Shown here one piece after another: positions 11,741-23,224 of a DNA stretch of 64,000 bases (its first letter is position 1; each line of letters begins with the position of its first letter). Source of the DNA: Octopus sinensis (Eukaryota); assembly GCF_006345805.1 (NCBI RefSeq), contig NC_043004.1, positions 52,824,001 to 52,888,000 on the forward strand, in the 5' to 3' direction. The translations under genes were made by a program, and so were the position numbers. The notes under the pieces are model-generated. The model was given only the letters and a program-made list of their open reading frames with translations, was not told the DNA's origin and made no database searches.

Positions 11741-11817
11741 GGGCATATGGCGTAGTGGTTCAGAGCGCGGGCTACTAACCCCAAGATTCCTTGTTCGATT
11801 CTAGGCAGTGACCTGAA
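11741..11817 (+). promoter_or_regulatory. tRNA-derived Pol III promoter head (A and B box), right arm of inverted pair
   Basis: GGGCATA-TGGCGTAGTGG ... GGG-CTACTAA-CCC ... GTTCGATTC ... GTGACCTGAA, then (TAA)n. The acceptor stem is imperfect. Confidence 0.8.
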
Positions 11818-11836
11818 ATAATAATAATAATAAATA

Positions 11837-11873
<37 letters not shown>

Positions 11874-11882
11874 TAAAAAAAA

Positions 11883-14800
11883 TAGTAATAGTGCTGATAT
11901 TCTATCTATCTATCTACACACACACACACACACAAACCTCACCTCGGCTCTATTGTTAACCAAATATGAAAGTATTATTTGACAGGCAAGAACTCTGGCA
12001 TTGAAGACAGTCAGCCAGCCAACCACCAAGCCAGCCAACGAGACAAACAGACACTACTGTGATGGTGATAATGATAAAAAAACAAAAATAACAATAAGAT
12101 ACTGCTGTGACTACACATAAAACAATATCATTGATGATGATGGTGGTGATGGTGATGGTGATGATGATAATGATGATGGTAATGGTGGTGATAGTGATGA
12201 TAGTGATGGTAATGGTGAAGATAATAACAATAATAAGCCGACTACGGCTGCTATAATGGTACGATTATAATTGTAACGGCAATGATGGCCGTCTCCCCAC
12301 GAGCCAATCAAAGCTCAAAAATGATAACATTATCGTAGCACCAAAATGTTTTTGGAAACTAAAAGGAAAACTAAATCAGTATACCAATTCGCTTGTCCTA
12401 TGGTTAATCTGGAAGCGCGTCCCCCAGGAAGAGCCAGCCTGGGATCGAAAAGTCATCAACTGGCACAAACTCTTCTCCGAATACGGACATGGATGCACTT
12501 GAACGGGAAATCCCCCAACTCGAGCCCTTCAAGTTCACCACCACAACCACCATAGAAAGAAAATGTAAGCGGAACAAATGGACCCGAGAAGAGTATAAAG
12601 AAGTAATATACGCTTATTACTATGCATTAGGTAGGCCATCTCAAGAGAGACACACCGCAAACTCTTACAGTATATGGAGAACACGGAATCAAGACAGTAG
12701 GCCCTATTTGGACGAGAACAAATTAGCAAATGTGAGGAGGGATATCTTTAGAAATAACAGACTCACAGACAGTGAAATAAGTGCGATCAAGCACGCAACG
12801 GAAAATGACATAATATAAGACACAAAGGAAATGAAGAATCAGAGGAACAGTATAGCCCGCCACGAGGCTTAATTGAAAGACTGCCATCTGACCAAAGTAC
12901 GCAAAGGCCTGAAGATACAAGAAATTCTATTGTACCTGTTAAAGATAGCCAGGAAAACGAAAAACAACAGTAACTGAAGATCTCGCATTTGCTGAAGAAC
13001 ACAGAGAGTCTATGGCAGAAATGAGGCAGAAAATCCTGAATACGCTTGAAGTTGTAAGACATACAAGTATGAATGATAGAGAACCGCTTCATAAACTCTC
13101 AAATACAAACCAAAATAAAAAAACAAATCCAAATTGGCAACTATGTAACAAATGAAATAATACGAGAATTAAAACCTGATTTTACTGAGTTAAATGAAAT
13201 TATTTACGCTTCTGCTAGGGCAATTGAAACCAGCTGTATGCCCCCGAAAAAACAAAGAAAACAAACCTGGGAAGAAATCAAACCTGGAGAAGTAAAATTA
13301 AAAGAGATTGAATTTATGAGAGGGGAAATATCAATATTAAATGAACTAATATGTGGAAATGATGTAAGATCCAGAACAGGAAGAAAGATGAAGAGAAAAT
13401 TTGGATCCTCACCAGAGAAGAACCGATATCAATAAAGAAACGCTGAAACCAAAAGTCCAAGCAAAAGCCCAAAGAATACGAAGATTTGAGAAGAGAAGCA
13501 AGTTTTACAAGCAAAATAAGCTGTTCACATCCAATGCCAAAAAATTCTACAGAGAAATAGGGAAGGAGAAAGTAACCGTTAAAGACCCCCCCTCCCATGA
13601 AAAAGTTCAAAACTTTTGGGGAAAAGGATTTGGAGTGACAAGAAGACGTACACATAAATACAGACTGGATTATACAAACTGAAGGATCCTACCAAAATTT
13701 ACAACAACAAGCATGGGAAGACATCACAATAGCAGACCTAAGAAAGGCACTCACGAAGGCCCATAATTGGAAATCCCCCGTAAAGATAGGGTGCCGAATT
13801 TCTGGCTCGCATCGCTCCCATGCGCACACGGCAAGCTAGTTCAGCTGCTCAATGGAATTATGAGAGACCCAAAGAAAACACCTGAATGATTAGCAAGTGG
13901 CATTACTTACCTACTCCCAAAGAATAACGAAACCAACCTTCCAAAAAACTACCGGCCTATAACCTGTCTATCCACCACGTATAAAATCCTAACATCTATC
14001 CTGGCGGAGAAAACATGCATTCATGGAGAAGAACGATATTTTCCCCATTGAACAAAAAGGGTGCTGCCGAGGCTCATGCGGACGCAAAGATCAACTGCTA
14101 ATTAATCGTATGATCCTTGAGAACTGTCACAACAAGCGCAGAAATCTCAGCTCCGCATGGATTGACTATAAAAAGGCCTTCGACAGTATACCGCATCCAT
14201 GGATCTTGAGATCGCTGGACATCTTTAAAATTTCCCCTGTGATTTCAAAATTCCTGAAGCACAATATGTCGTTGTGGAATACGAATCTCCAATTATACCA
14301 CTCTAATGGAGTACTTGCCTCAGAAAATAAAACATCAACTGTGGATTTTTCAAGGTGACTCACTTTCACCTTTAATATTTTGCATAGCCCTAATACCCCT
14401 TACAAGTGAATTAAACAGAACAGGGTATGGGTATAAAATTGCCAATAAAAAAATAAGCCATCTATTTTATATGGATGACTTAAAACTTTATGGTAAAGAC
14501 AATAATGAACTTGAAGGCCTATTGCGCACCGTGAAAGCATTCAGCGATGACATCGGGATGGAGTTTGGACTTGAGAAGTGCGCCAAGGCCACTTTCCAGA
14601 TAGGGAAAGTGAAGACCACAAATTCAGTCGTGTTAGATGTTGACACAGTCATAAGAGAGCTTGAGCAAGAACAACATACAAATATTTAGGGATAAATGAA
14701 GGCTCTGGTATTCAGCATGCAAGCATGAAAGAGAAAATCAGGAAGGAATGTTATAGGAGAGTTCGTGCAGTCCTGAAATCTGAACTAAATGCACGTAACA

Positions 14801-16177
14801 AGGTGTTAGCTATAAATTCCTTAGCAGTTCCAGTTGTTACTTATAGCTACAATGTGTTGAACTGGAATATGAGTGAAGTAAAGAATATAGATAGAAAAAT
14901 ACGCAAGCTGCTGAGTTGTAATAGGATGCACCACCCAAAGGCAGACGTAGATCGCCTTTACCTTCCAAGGAGGTCGAGGCCTGATCCAATTTGAACTAGC
15001 TTACAAAACAACCACAATTGGACTGGCCAAATATCTCGAAATATCGAATGACTGGATGCTAAAGCTCGTGGAAAATCACGAGAGACGAAAGAAGCTTCAT
15101 TCTATCATCAAGGAAAGCAAAAAATTTGCTATTGATCTCGTGCAGGATACCCAAACTGAACAACCCGAGGGAAGTACGGCAACTATTGTTGCAAAGAAGG
15201 TGAAAATGATGGCAATGAAAAAAGCGCACGAGCAATTGACTGATAGGTAGGAGGAGAAACCTCTGCACGGCAAATATGTGACCCGCAGCAAACAAGCTGA
15301 TGTTGACCAGAAGCAAACCCATCAGTGGCTGCGGAGCTCAGGGCTAAAAGCAGAGAGCGAAGGTTTCATCCTGGCTGCTCAAGACCAAAGCCTATTAACC
15401 CGGAACTACCAGGCCAATGTGATGAAAAATGGAGCAGACCCAAAATGCCGATTCTGCAACGACGTGATTGAAACAGTGGACCACCTAATCTCTGGATGTA
15501 AAGTCTTAGCACCAGTGGAGTATAAATTAAGACATGACAGAGTTGGCCAATATCTCCACTGGCTAATAAGCCGGCATTACAATATCAAAACTGCCGACAA
15601 GTGGTATAATCACCACCCTGAGGCTGTAACTGAAGGAGAAAATGTAACGATTGTGGGACTTTCCAGTACATACAGACCGAACCATCAAGGCCAATAAACC
15701 AGATATTGTTGTTAAAGACCAAAACAATAAAGTTTGCTTACTGATCGACATGAGCATCCCCTGTGATCATAATATCTCAGCGAAAGAGTTGACAAGCTCA
15801 GAAAATATAAAGACCTACTCATTGAAATTGAGAAAATGTGGCATCTCAAGGCGGTTACAATACCAGTGATCGTAGGAGCACTAGGAATGATCAAGAAGGG
15901 AACCGAAAATTATATGAGAATGATCCCTGGCTTACCATTCCTGCAAGAAGTGCAAAATATTGTCTTAACTGGTACATCACACGTATTGAGAAGAGCATTG
16001 TCGATGTGAGAACTGTTGCTGCTCATGTATTTTAATTTAACTTTAAAAAAAAATGAACGAACTACTGAGTTTGGTTTAATGGCCTACCAATGTATACTAT
16101 AAGTTTCTTTGCCCTAGGAGTCGGGAAGACACTCGGCAAGAAATGGAAGCAAATTTGAAAGAAGAAGAAAAAAAAAG
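11883..16177 (+). mobile_element. Near full-length R4/Dong-clade non-LTR retrotransposon, copy 1 (pseudogenised)
   Basis: N-terminal KWTREE...ENKLANVRRDI. RT motifs WKSP, YRPITCL, EQKG, WIDYKKAFDS, FQGDSLSP and YMDDLK. CRFC..ETVDHLISGC zinc knuckle, RHD, and KPDIVV..D..K.KY restriction-like endonuclease. Many frameshifts. The 3' end is followed by (TAA)n at 16178-16262. Confidence 0.93.
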
Positions 16178-16202
16178 TAATAATAATAATAATAATAATA
16201 AT

Positions 16203-16262
<60 letters not shown>

Positions 16263-16990
16263 GAGAGTAGCGCCAGTCTTGACAGCGGCTGGACATATTC
16301 CTCACTGCTCCGACAGTTCAGTAGCCGAAAGCCATAGAAACACTAATATGACCCAGTTTAGCAACGGGGAAAAATAACTCTCAAAGACTGGAACATCTAT
16401 AATATCTTGTGAGTATTTAAAATTCTCTTCAAAATAAGTTAAGAAATTTACAAATTTACATATCTACAGTTTTCAAACATACATCCGATCAGATTTAAAA
16501 TCTTTAATACCCACAATTGCCTCTGTAAACTTCCTTTTTCTTTTTCTTCTCTCTAAAAAACATCACGCTTTTCTTTTTGTGGACTTTCAAAACCTTAAAA
16601 CTTTCTATGAAAAATCTGACTTTTCTTTGCTTCCTCCCTGAATATTCAAATATAAATGTAAACATACTTTTTATTGCGAAAACACACCTGTTCTTCTAAC
16701 TGGACATACAAACATCTCTAGAAAAGTCAACTTCAACCTCCACAATATTACCTTATACGAAATATACAAAGACTTTTTATTGCAATAACACAAACGCACA
16801 TGGAAAAAAAATAATGATGCTAAGATTCTCTCTGGTCGAAAACAACTTCTCTATTCACAAACAATACAGAACAGCCCTTCCTTAATTTTTCTTAAGGCTA
16901 GTAGTAGCAGACATTTGAACTTTTTTTGACCGAGAGGACCCCACCTAAAAATAAAAAAAAAATTAAAAAAAAGGAAAAATAAATAAATAA
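16263..16990 (+). other. Unassigned ~0.7 kb segment ending in an A-rich tail (possible decayed LINE 3' end)
   Basis: It sits between the two Dong copies and ends GACCCCACCTAAAAATAAAAAAAAA...(TAAA)n. It has no ORF of 60 aa or more. Confidence 0.3.
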
Positions 16991-17020
16991 ATATCATTGA
17001 TGGTGATGATGATAATAATG

Positions 17021-20000
17021 ATAGTAATAGTGCTGATAATATATCTATCTATCTACACACACACACACACTCACAGAGTTCAGCCAACACAAACCTCACC
17101 TCGGCTCTTTAGATGTTAACCAAATATGAAGGTATTATTTGACAGGCAAGAATTCTGGCGTTGAAGACAGTCAGCCAGCCAACCACCAAGCCAGCCAACG
17201 AGACAAACAGACACTACTGTGATGGTGATAATGATAGAAAACAAAAATAACAATAATAAGATACTGCTGTGACTACACATAAAACAATATCATTGATGAT
17301 GATGATGGTGATGGTGATGGTGATGATGATAATGATGATAGTAATGGTGGCGATAATGATGATAGTGATAATAATGGTGATGATGGTAACAATAATAAGC
17401 CGATTACGGCTGCTATAATGGTACGATTATAATTGTAACGGCAATGATGGCCGTCTCCCCACGAGCCAATCAAAGCTCAAAAATGATAACATTATCGTAG
17501 CACCAAAATGTTTTTGGAAACTAAAAGGAAAACTAAATCAGTATACCAAAGCGCTTGTCCTATGGTTAATCTGGAAGCGCGTCCCCCAGGGAAGAGACAG
17601 CCTGGGATCGAAAAGTCATCAACTGGCACAAACTCTTCTCCGAATACAGACATGGATGGTCACTTGAACGGGAAATTCCCCAACTCGAGTCATCCAAGTT
17701 CACCACCACAGAAAGAAAAATCTAAGCGGAACAAATGGACCCGAGAAGAGTATAAAGAAGTAATATATGCTTATTACTATGCATTAGGTAGGCCATCTCA
17801 AGAGAGACACACCGCAAACTCTTACAGTATATGGAGAACACGGAATCAAGACAGTAGGCCCTATTTGGACGAAAACAAATTGGCAAATGTGAGGAGGGAT
17901 ATCCTTAGAAATAACAGACTCACAGACAGTGAAATAAGCGCGATCAAGCACGCAGCGGAAAATGACATAAATATAAGACACAAAGGAAATGAAGAATCAG
18001 ATGAACAGTATAGCCCACAACGACGCTTAATTGAAAGACTGCCATCTGACCAAAGTACGCAAAGGCCTGAAGATACAAGAAATTCTATTGAACCTGTTAA
18101 AGATAGCCAGGAAAATGATAAAGCAACAGTAACTGAAGATCTCGTATTTGCTGAAGAACACAGAGAGTCTATGGCAGAAATGAGGCAGAAAATCCTGAAT
18201 ACGCTTGAAGTTGTAAGACATACAACAAGTATGAATGATAGAGAACCACTTCATAAACTCTCAAATACAAACCAAAATAAAAAAACAAATCCAAATTGGC
18301 AACTATGTAACAAATGAAATAATACAAGAATTAAAGCCTGATTTTACTGAGTTAAATGAAATTATTTACGCTTCTGCTAGGGCAATTGAAACCAGCTGTA
18401 TGCCCCCGAAAAAACAAAGAAAACCAAACCTGGGAAGAAATCAAACCTGGAGAAGTAAAATTGAAAGAGAGATTGAATTTATGAGAGGGGAAATATCAAT
18501 ATTAAATGAACTAATATGTGGAAATGAAGTAAGATCCAGAACAGGAAGAAAGATGAAGAGAAAATTTGGATCCTCACCAAGAGAAGAACTGATATCAATA
18601 AAAGGAACGCTAAAGCAAAAAGTCCAAGCAAAAGCCCAAAGAATACGGATATTTGAGAAGAGAAACAAGTTTTACAAGCAAAATAAGCTGTTTACATCTA
18701 ATGCCAAAAAATTCTACAGAGAAATAGGGAAGAAGAAAGTAACCGCTAAAGACCCCCCTCCCAAGGAAGAAGTCAAAAACTTTTGGAAAAGGATTTGGAG
18801 TGACAAGAAGACGTACAACACAAATGCAGACTGGATTATACAAACTGAAGGATCCTACCAAAATTTACAACAAAAAGCATGGGAAGACATCACAATAGCA
18901 GACCTAAGAAAGGCACTCACGAAGGCCCATAATTGGAAATCCCCCGGTAAAGATAGGGTGCCGAATTTCTGGCTCGCATCGCTCCCATGCGCACACGGCA
19001 AGCTAGTTCAGCTGCTCAATGGAATTATGAGAGACCCAAAGAAAACACCTGAATGATTAGCAAGTGGCATTACTTACCTACTCCCAAAGAATAACGAAAC
19101 CAACCTTCCAAAAAACTACCGGCCTATAACCTGTCTATCCACCACGTATAAAATCCTAACATCTATCCTGGCGGAGAAAACATGCATTCATGGAGAAGAA
19201 CGATATTTTCCCCATTGAACAAAAAGGGTGCTGCCGAGGCTCATACGGATGCAAAGATCAACTGCTAATTAATCGTATGATCATTGAGAACTGTCACAAC
19301 AAGCGCAGAAATCTCAGCTCCGCATGTATTGACTATAAAAAGGCTTTCGACAGTATACCGCATCCATGGATCTTAAGATTGCTGGACATATTCAAAATTC
19401 CCCCTGTGATTTCAAGCTTCCTGAAGCACAATATGTCGTTGTGGAATACGAATCTCCAATTATACCACTCTAATGGAGTACTTGCCTCAGAAAATATAAA
19501 CATCAACTGTGGAATTTTTCAAGGTGACTCACTTTCACCTTTAATATTCTGCATAGCCCTAATACCCCTTACAAGTGAATTAAACAGAACAGGGTATGGG
19601 TATAAAATTGCCAATAAAAAAATAAGCCGTCTATTTTATATGGATGACTTAAAACTCTATGGTAAAGACGATAATGAACTTGAAGACCTATTGCACAATG
19701 TGAAAGCATTCAGCGATGACATCGGGATGGAGTTCGGGCTTGAGAAGTGTGCCAAAGGCCACTTTCCAGAAAGGGAAAGTGAAGACCACAAATTCAGGTG
19801 TGTTAGATGTTGACACAGTCATAAGAGAGCTTGAGCAAGAACAAACATACAAATATTTAGGGATAAATGAAGGCTCTGGTATTCAGCATGCAAGCATGAA
19901 AGAGAAGATCAGGAAGGAATGTTATAGGAGAGTTCGTGCAGTCCTGAAATCTGAACTAAATGCACGTAACAAGGTGTTAGCTATAAATTCCTTAGCAGTT

Positions 20001-21346
20001 CCAGTTGTTACTTATAGCTACAATGTGTTGAACTGGAATATGAGTGAAGTAAAGAATATAGATAGGAAAATACGCAAGCTGCTGAGTTGTAATAGGATGC
20101 ACCACCCAAAGGCAGACGTAGATCGCCTTTACCTTCTCAGAGCCCAAGAAGGTCGAGGCCTGATCCAATTTCAACTAGCTTACAAAACAACCACAATTGG
20201 ACTGGCCAAATATCTTGAAATAACGAATGACTGGATGCTAAAGCTCGTGGAAAATCACGAGAGACGAAAGAAGCTTCATTCTATCATAAAGGAAAGCAAA
20301 CAAATTGCTATTGATCTCGTGCAGGATACCCAAATTGAACAACCCGAGGGAAGTACGGCAACTATTGTTGCAAAGGTGGAAATAATGGCACCGAAAAAAG
20401 CGCACGAGCAATTGGCTGATAGGTGGGAGGAGAAACATCTGCACGGCAAATATGTGGCCCGCAGCAAACAAGCTGATGTTGACCAGAAGCAAACCCATCA
20501 GTGGCTACGGAGCTCAGGGCTAAAAGCAGAGAGCGAAGGTTTCATCCTGGCTACTCAAGATCAAAGCCTATTAACCCGGAACTACCAGGCCAATGTGATG
20601 AAAAATGGAGCAGACCCAAAATGCCGATTCTGCAATGATATGATTGAAAGAGAGGACCACCTAATCTCTGGATGTAAAGTCTTAGCACCAGTGGAGTATA
20701 AATTAAGACATGACAGAGTTGGCCAATATCTACACTGGCTAATAAGTCGGCATTACAATATCAAAACTGCCGACAAGTGGTATAATCACCACCCTGAAGC
20801 TGTAACTGAAGGAGAAAATGTAACGATTCTGTGGGACTTTCCAGTACATACAGACCGAACCATCAAAGCCAATAAACCAGATATTGTGAAAGACCAAAAC
20901 AATAAAGTTTGCTTATTGATCGACATGAGCATCCCCTGAGATCATAATATCTCGGCGAAAGAGTTTGACAAGCTCAGAAAATATAAAGACCTACTCATTG
21001 AAATTGAGAAATGTGGCATCTCAAGGCGGTTACAATACCAGTGATCGTAGGAGCACTAGAAATGATCAAGAAGGGAACCGAAAATTATATGAGAATGATC
21101 CCTAGCTTACCATCCCTGCAAGAAGTGCAAAAGACTGTCTGGTACATCACACGTATTGAGAAGAGCATTGTCGATGCGAGAACTATTACTACCCATGTAT
21201 TTTAATTTAACTTAAAAAAAAAATGAGCGAACTATTGAGTTTAGTTTAATGGCCTACCTATTTATACTATGAGTCTCTTTGCCCTAGGAGTTGGGAAGAC
21301 ACTCGGCAAGAAATGGAAGCAAATTTGAAAGAAGAAGAAAAAAAAT
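17021..21346 (+). mobile_element. Near full-length R4/Dong-clade retrotransposon, copy 2 (pseudogenised)
   Basis: ORF pieces 17508-18317, 18235-19056, 19190-19813, 19716-20939 and 21011-21205 carry the same RT, CCHC and RLE motifs as copy 1. It is highly similar to copy 1, including the upstream region. Confidence 0.95.
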
Positions 21347-21354
21347 TATAATAA

Positions 21355-21450
21355 AAACATCAAAAATTTCCTTAGGTATGCAGGTTCCAAATTTTCCCAA
21401 GGCACCTGATGTAGGCCGGTGAGTATATCAGCTGAAACGTTATGTTACCT
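21355..21450 (+). ncRNA. Tail of the tRNA/hammerhead element with a degenerate hammerhead (21401-21446)
   Basis: AACATCAAAAATTTCCTTAGGTATG...GGCAC-CTGATGT-A-GGCCG-GTGAGTATAT-CAGCT-GAAA-CG-TT-ATGTT is homologous to the reverse complement of 10854-10950. Core A9 and a stem I pair are mutated. Confidence 0.7.
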
Positions 21451-22539
21451 CGAATTCACAAATATACATCTATAAGTAGGTTCGGATGCATTGAATGGCG
21501 TTTACAAAATCAAAATTACAAAATAAAATATAATAATAAACGGAAATTTTCGCCTTTGTCGCAGACAGAATAGAATAAAAACACAGAATTGCTAGCAGCT
21601 TATCGCAAGCAAATACCAGATAATTTGATTACTAAATCTTAAAAATGAACAGAAAATCAATCATCCTCTTTTATTGAAAACATTTTCGCTTTCACCATTG
21701 ACGATATGGGATAAGTTTCGATGCTTCTGAGATTCGTCAGTGCAGTGTAGATGACTCGAACTTTCATGATAACTAAACATATGTCTTTACGCAATACTAC
21801 CAAAGCACTCCAACACCAAGAATTTGTTTGCCGTTAATAATGTACATATTAAGACCATATTATAATTCTTTGTGAGGCACTCTCCTATGCCGTTAGGCAT
21901 TTGTTTTCTTTCTAAATATCAAAATTTCTGTTCACTGAAAAATAATTTTGTGCACATTCTTCAATACAACGACATGTACATACACACATACACACGCATC
22001 AAGCAACTCACGTTCTCGTCACACATAGTCACAAATACATACATATACATACACATGTACACACACAAACACACGAACACGAACACAGACCTGCGCGAAC
22101 AAAAAAGCACACAAACACACACACACACATACACGCACATGTATACACACATGGTTTATAATAATCCTTGCTAGTGGATAAATAGAATGATGTCTTTCAG
22201 CATTATTCTACCTTCCTTCAGAATATTGATGTATGCCTCTACTATCTGTCATATTGTCAACACTCTTTTTTAATAGTCACTGAAAAGCGCACTAAATGAA
22301 AACTTATTGATATTTCTATCAGTTTGTTGTCCATATATACAAAGAATACATAGATAAATATGCACGTGCACACACACTCTCGCCTAAGGAAAATACAAAT
22401 TCAGATGTACATATACAGAGAGAGAGAGAGAGAGAGAGAAAGAAATAGAGGCGGGGAGATTTGTATTCCTTTATTCTTTTATTGTTTCAGTCCTTTCACT
22501 TGGGCAATGAGGGAGAACACTGCCACATAAATACATACA

Positions 22540-22581
<42 letters not shown>

Positions 22582-22639
22582 TACGTATATCTCTATATAT
22601 ATTTACATATATATATGCATATACATATATATATATATG

Positions 22640-22686
<47 letters not shown>
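22540..22686. repeat. (TA)n microsatellite
   Basis: Direct reading. Confidence 0.9.
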
Positions 22687-22688
<2 letters not shown>

Positions 22689-23224
22689 TGAAATGGATAA
22701 ATGAATTATCTTGCTACGGATTATTCAAATTATAACCGATACCTGGGTAGCAAAAATCACAACAGAAAAATCATGGTTAAGGTTACGACCATGGGGTATC
22801 GCAACCGTGCCTTCGTGCGGATAATTGAAGTTTAATATATTTAGTGAGGGAAGAAATGGAGCTGAACGAAGATATTACAAAATTCCTTTTTATTATTTTC
22901 TACACATTTTTGAATACATTCAAAATTGTCGGGTGCATTGAATATAAACATAAGAAAATTGATATAATATAATTAAGTGTAATGTAAATTTGATGAAAAT
23001 AAATTGAATAAATATAAATTTAAATATGAAAATGGAGTAAAAATTTTACCCCGGCAAAATTTAAATTTTCAAAATGATGGAAGGCTTTCTTGAAAGTTTA
23101 ATGTAAAATATGAAGGCGAAATATGTACCAGCATTGTAATACTAAATGATGTCTATATTTTTGGTACAAAACCCAAATTCAAATGCGAAAGTCGAAAAAA
23201 TTTTCGGAAATCAAAAAATTACCC

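Noticed and set aside
11670-11817. Functional tRNA-Ser(ACT) genes
   Set aside because: The acceptor and T stems are imperfect, there is no long Ser variable arm, the ACT anticodon is essentially unused in eukaryotes, and there is no oligo-T terminator. These are SINE heads.
12230-12460. HDV-like ribozyme at the Dong 5' end
   Set aside because: It would be expected by analogy with R2/R4 elements, but I could not identify the nested double pseudoknot by eye.
21705-21750. CTGACGA...GAAAC on the minus strand as a hammerhead
   Set aside because: No credible stem I, II or III can be formed.
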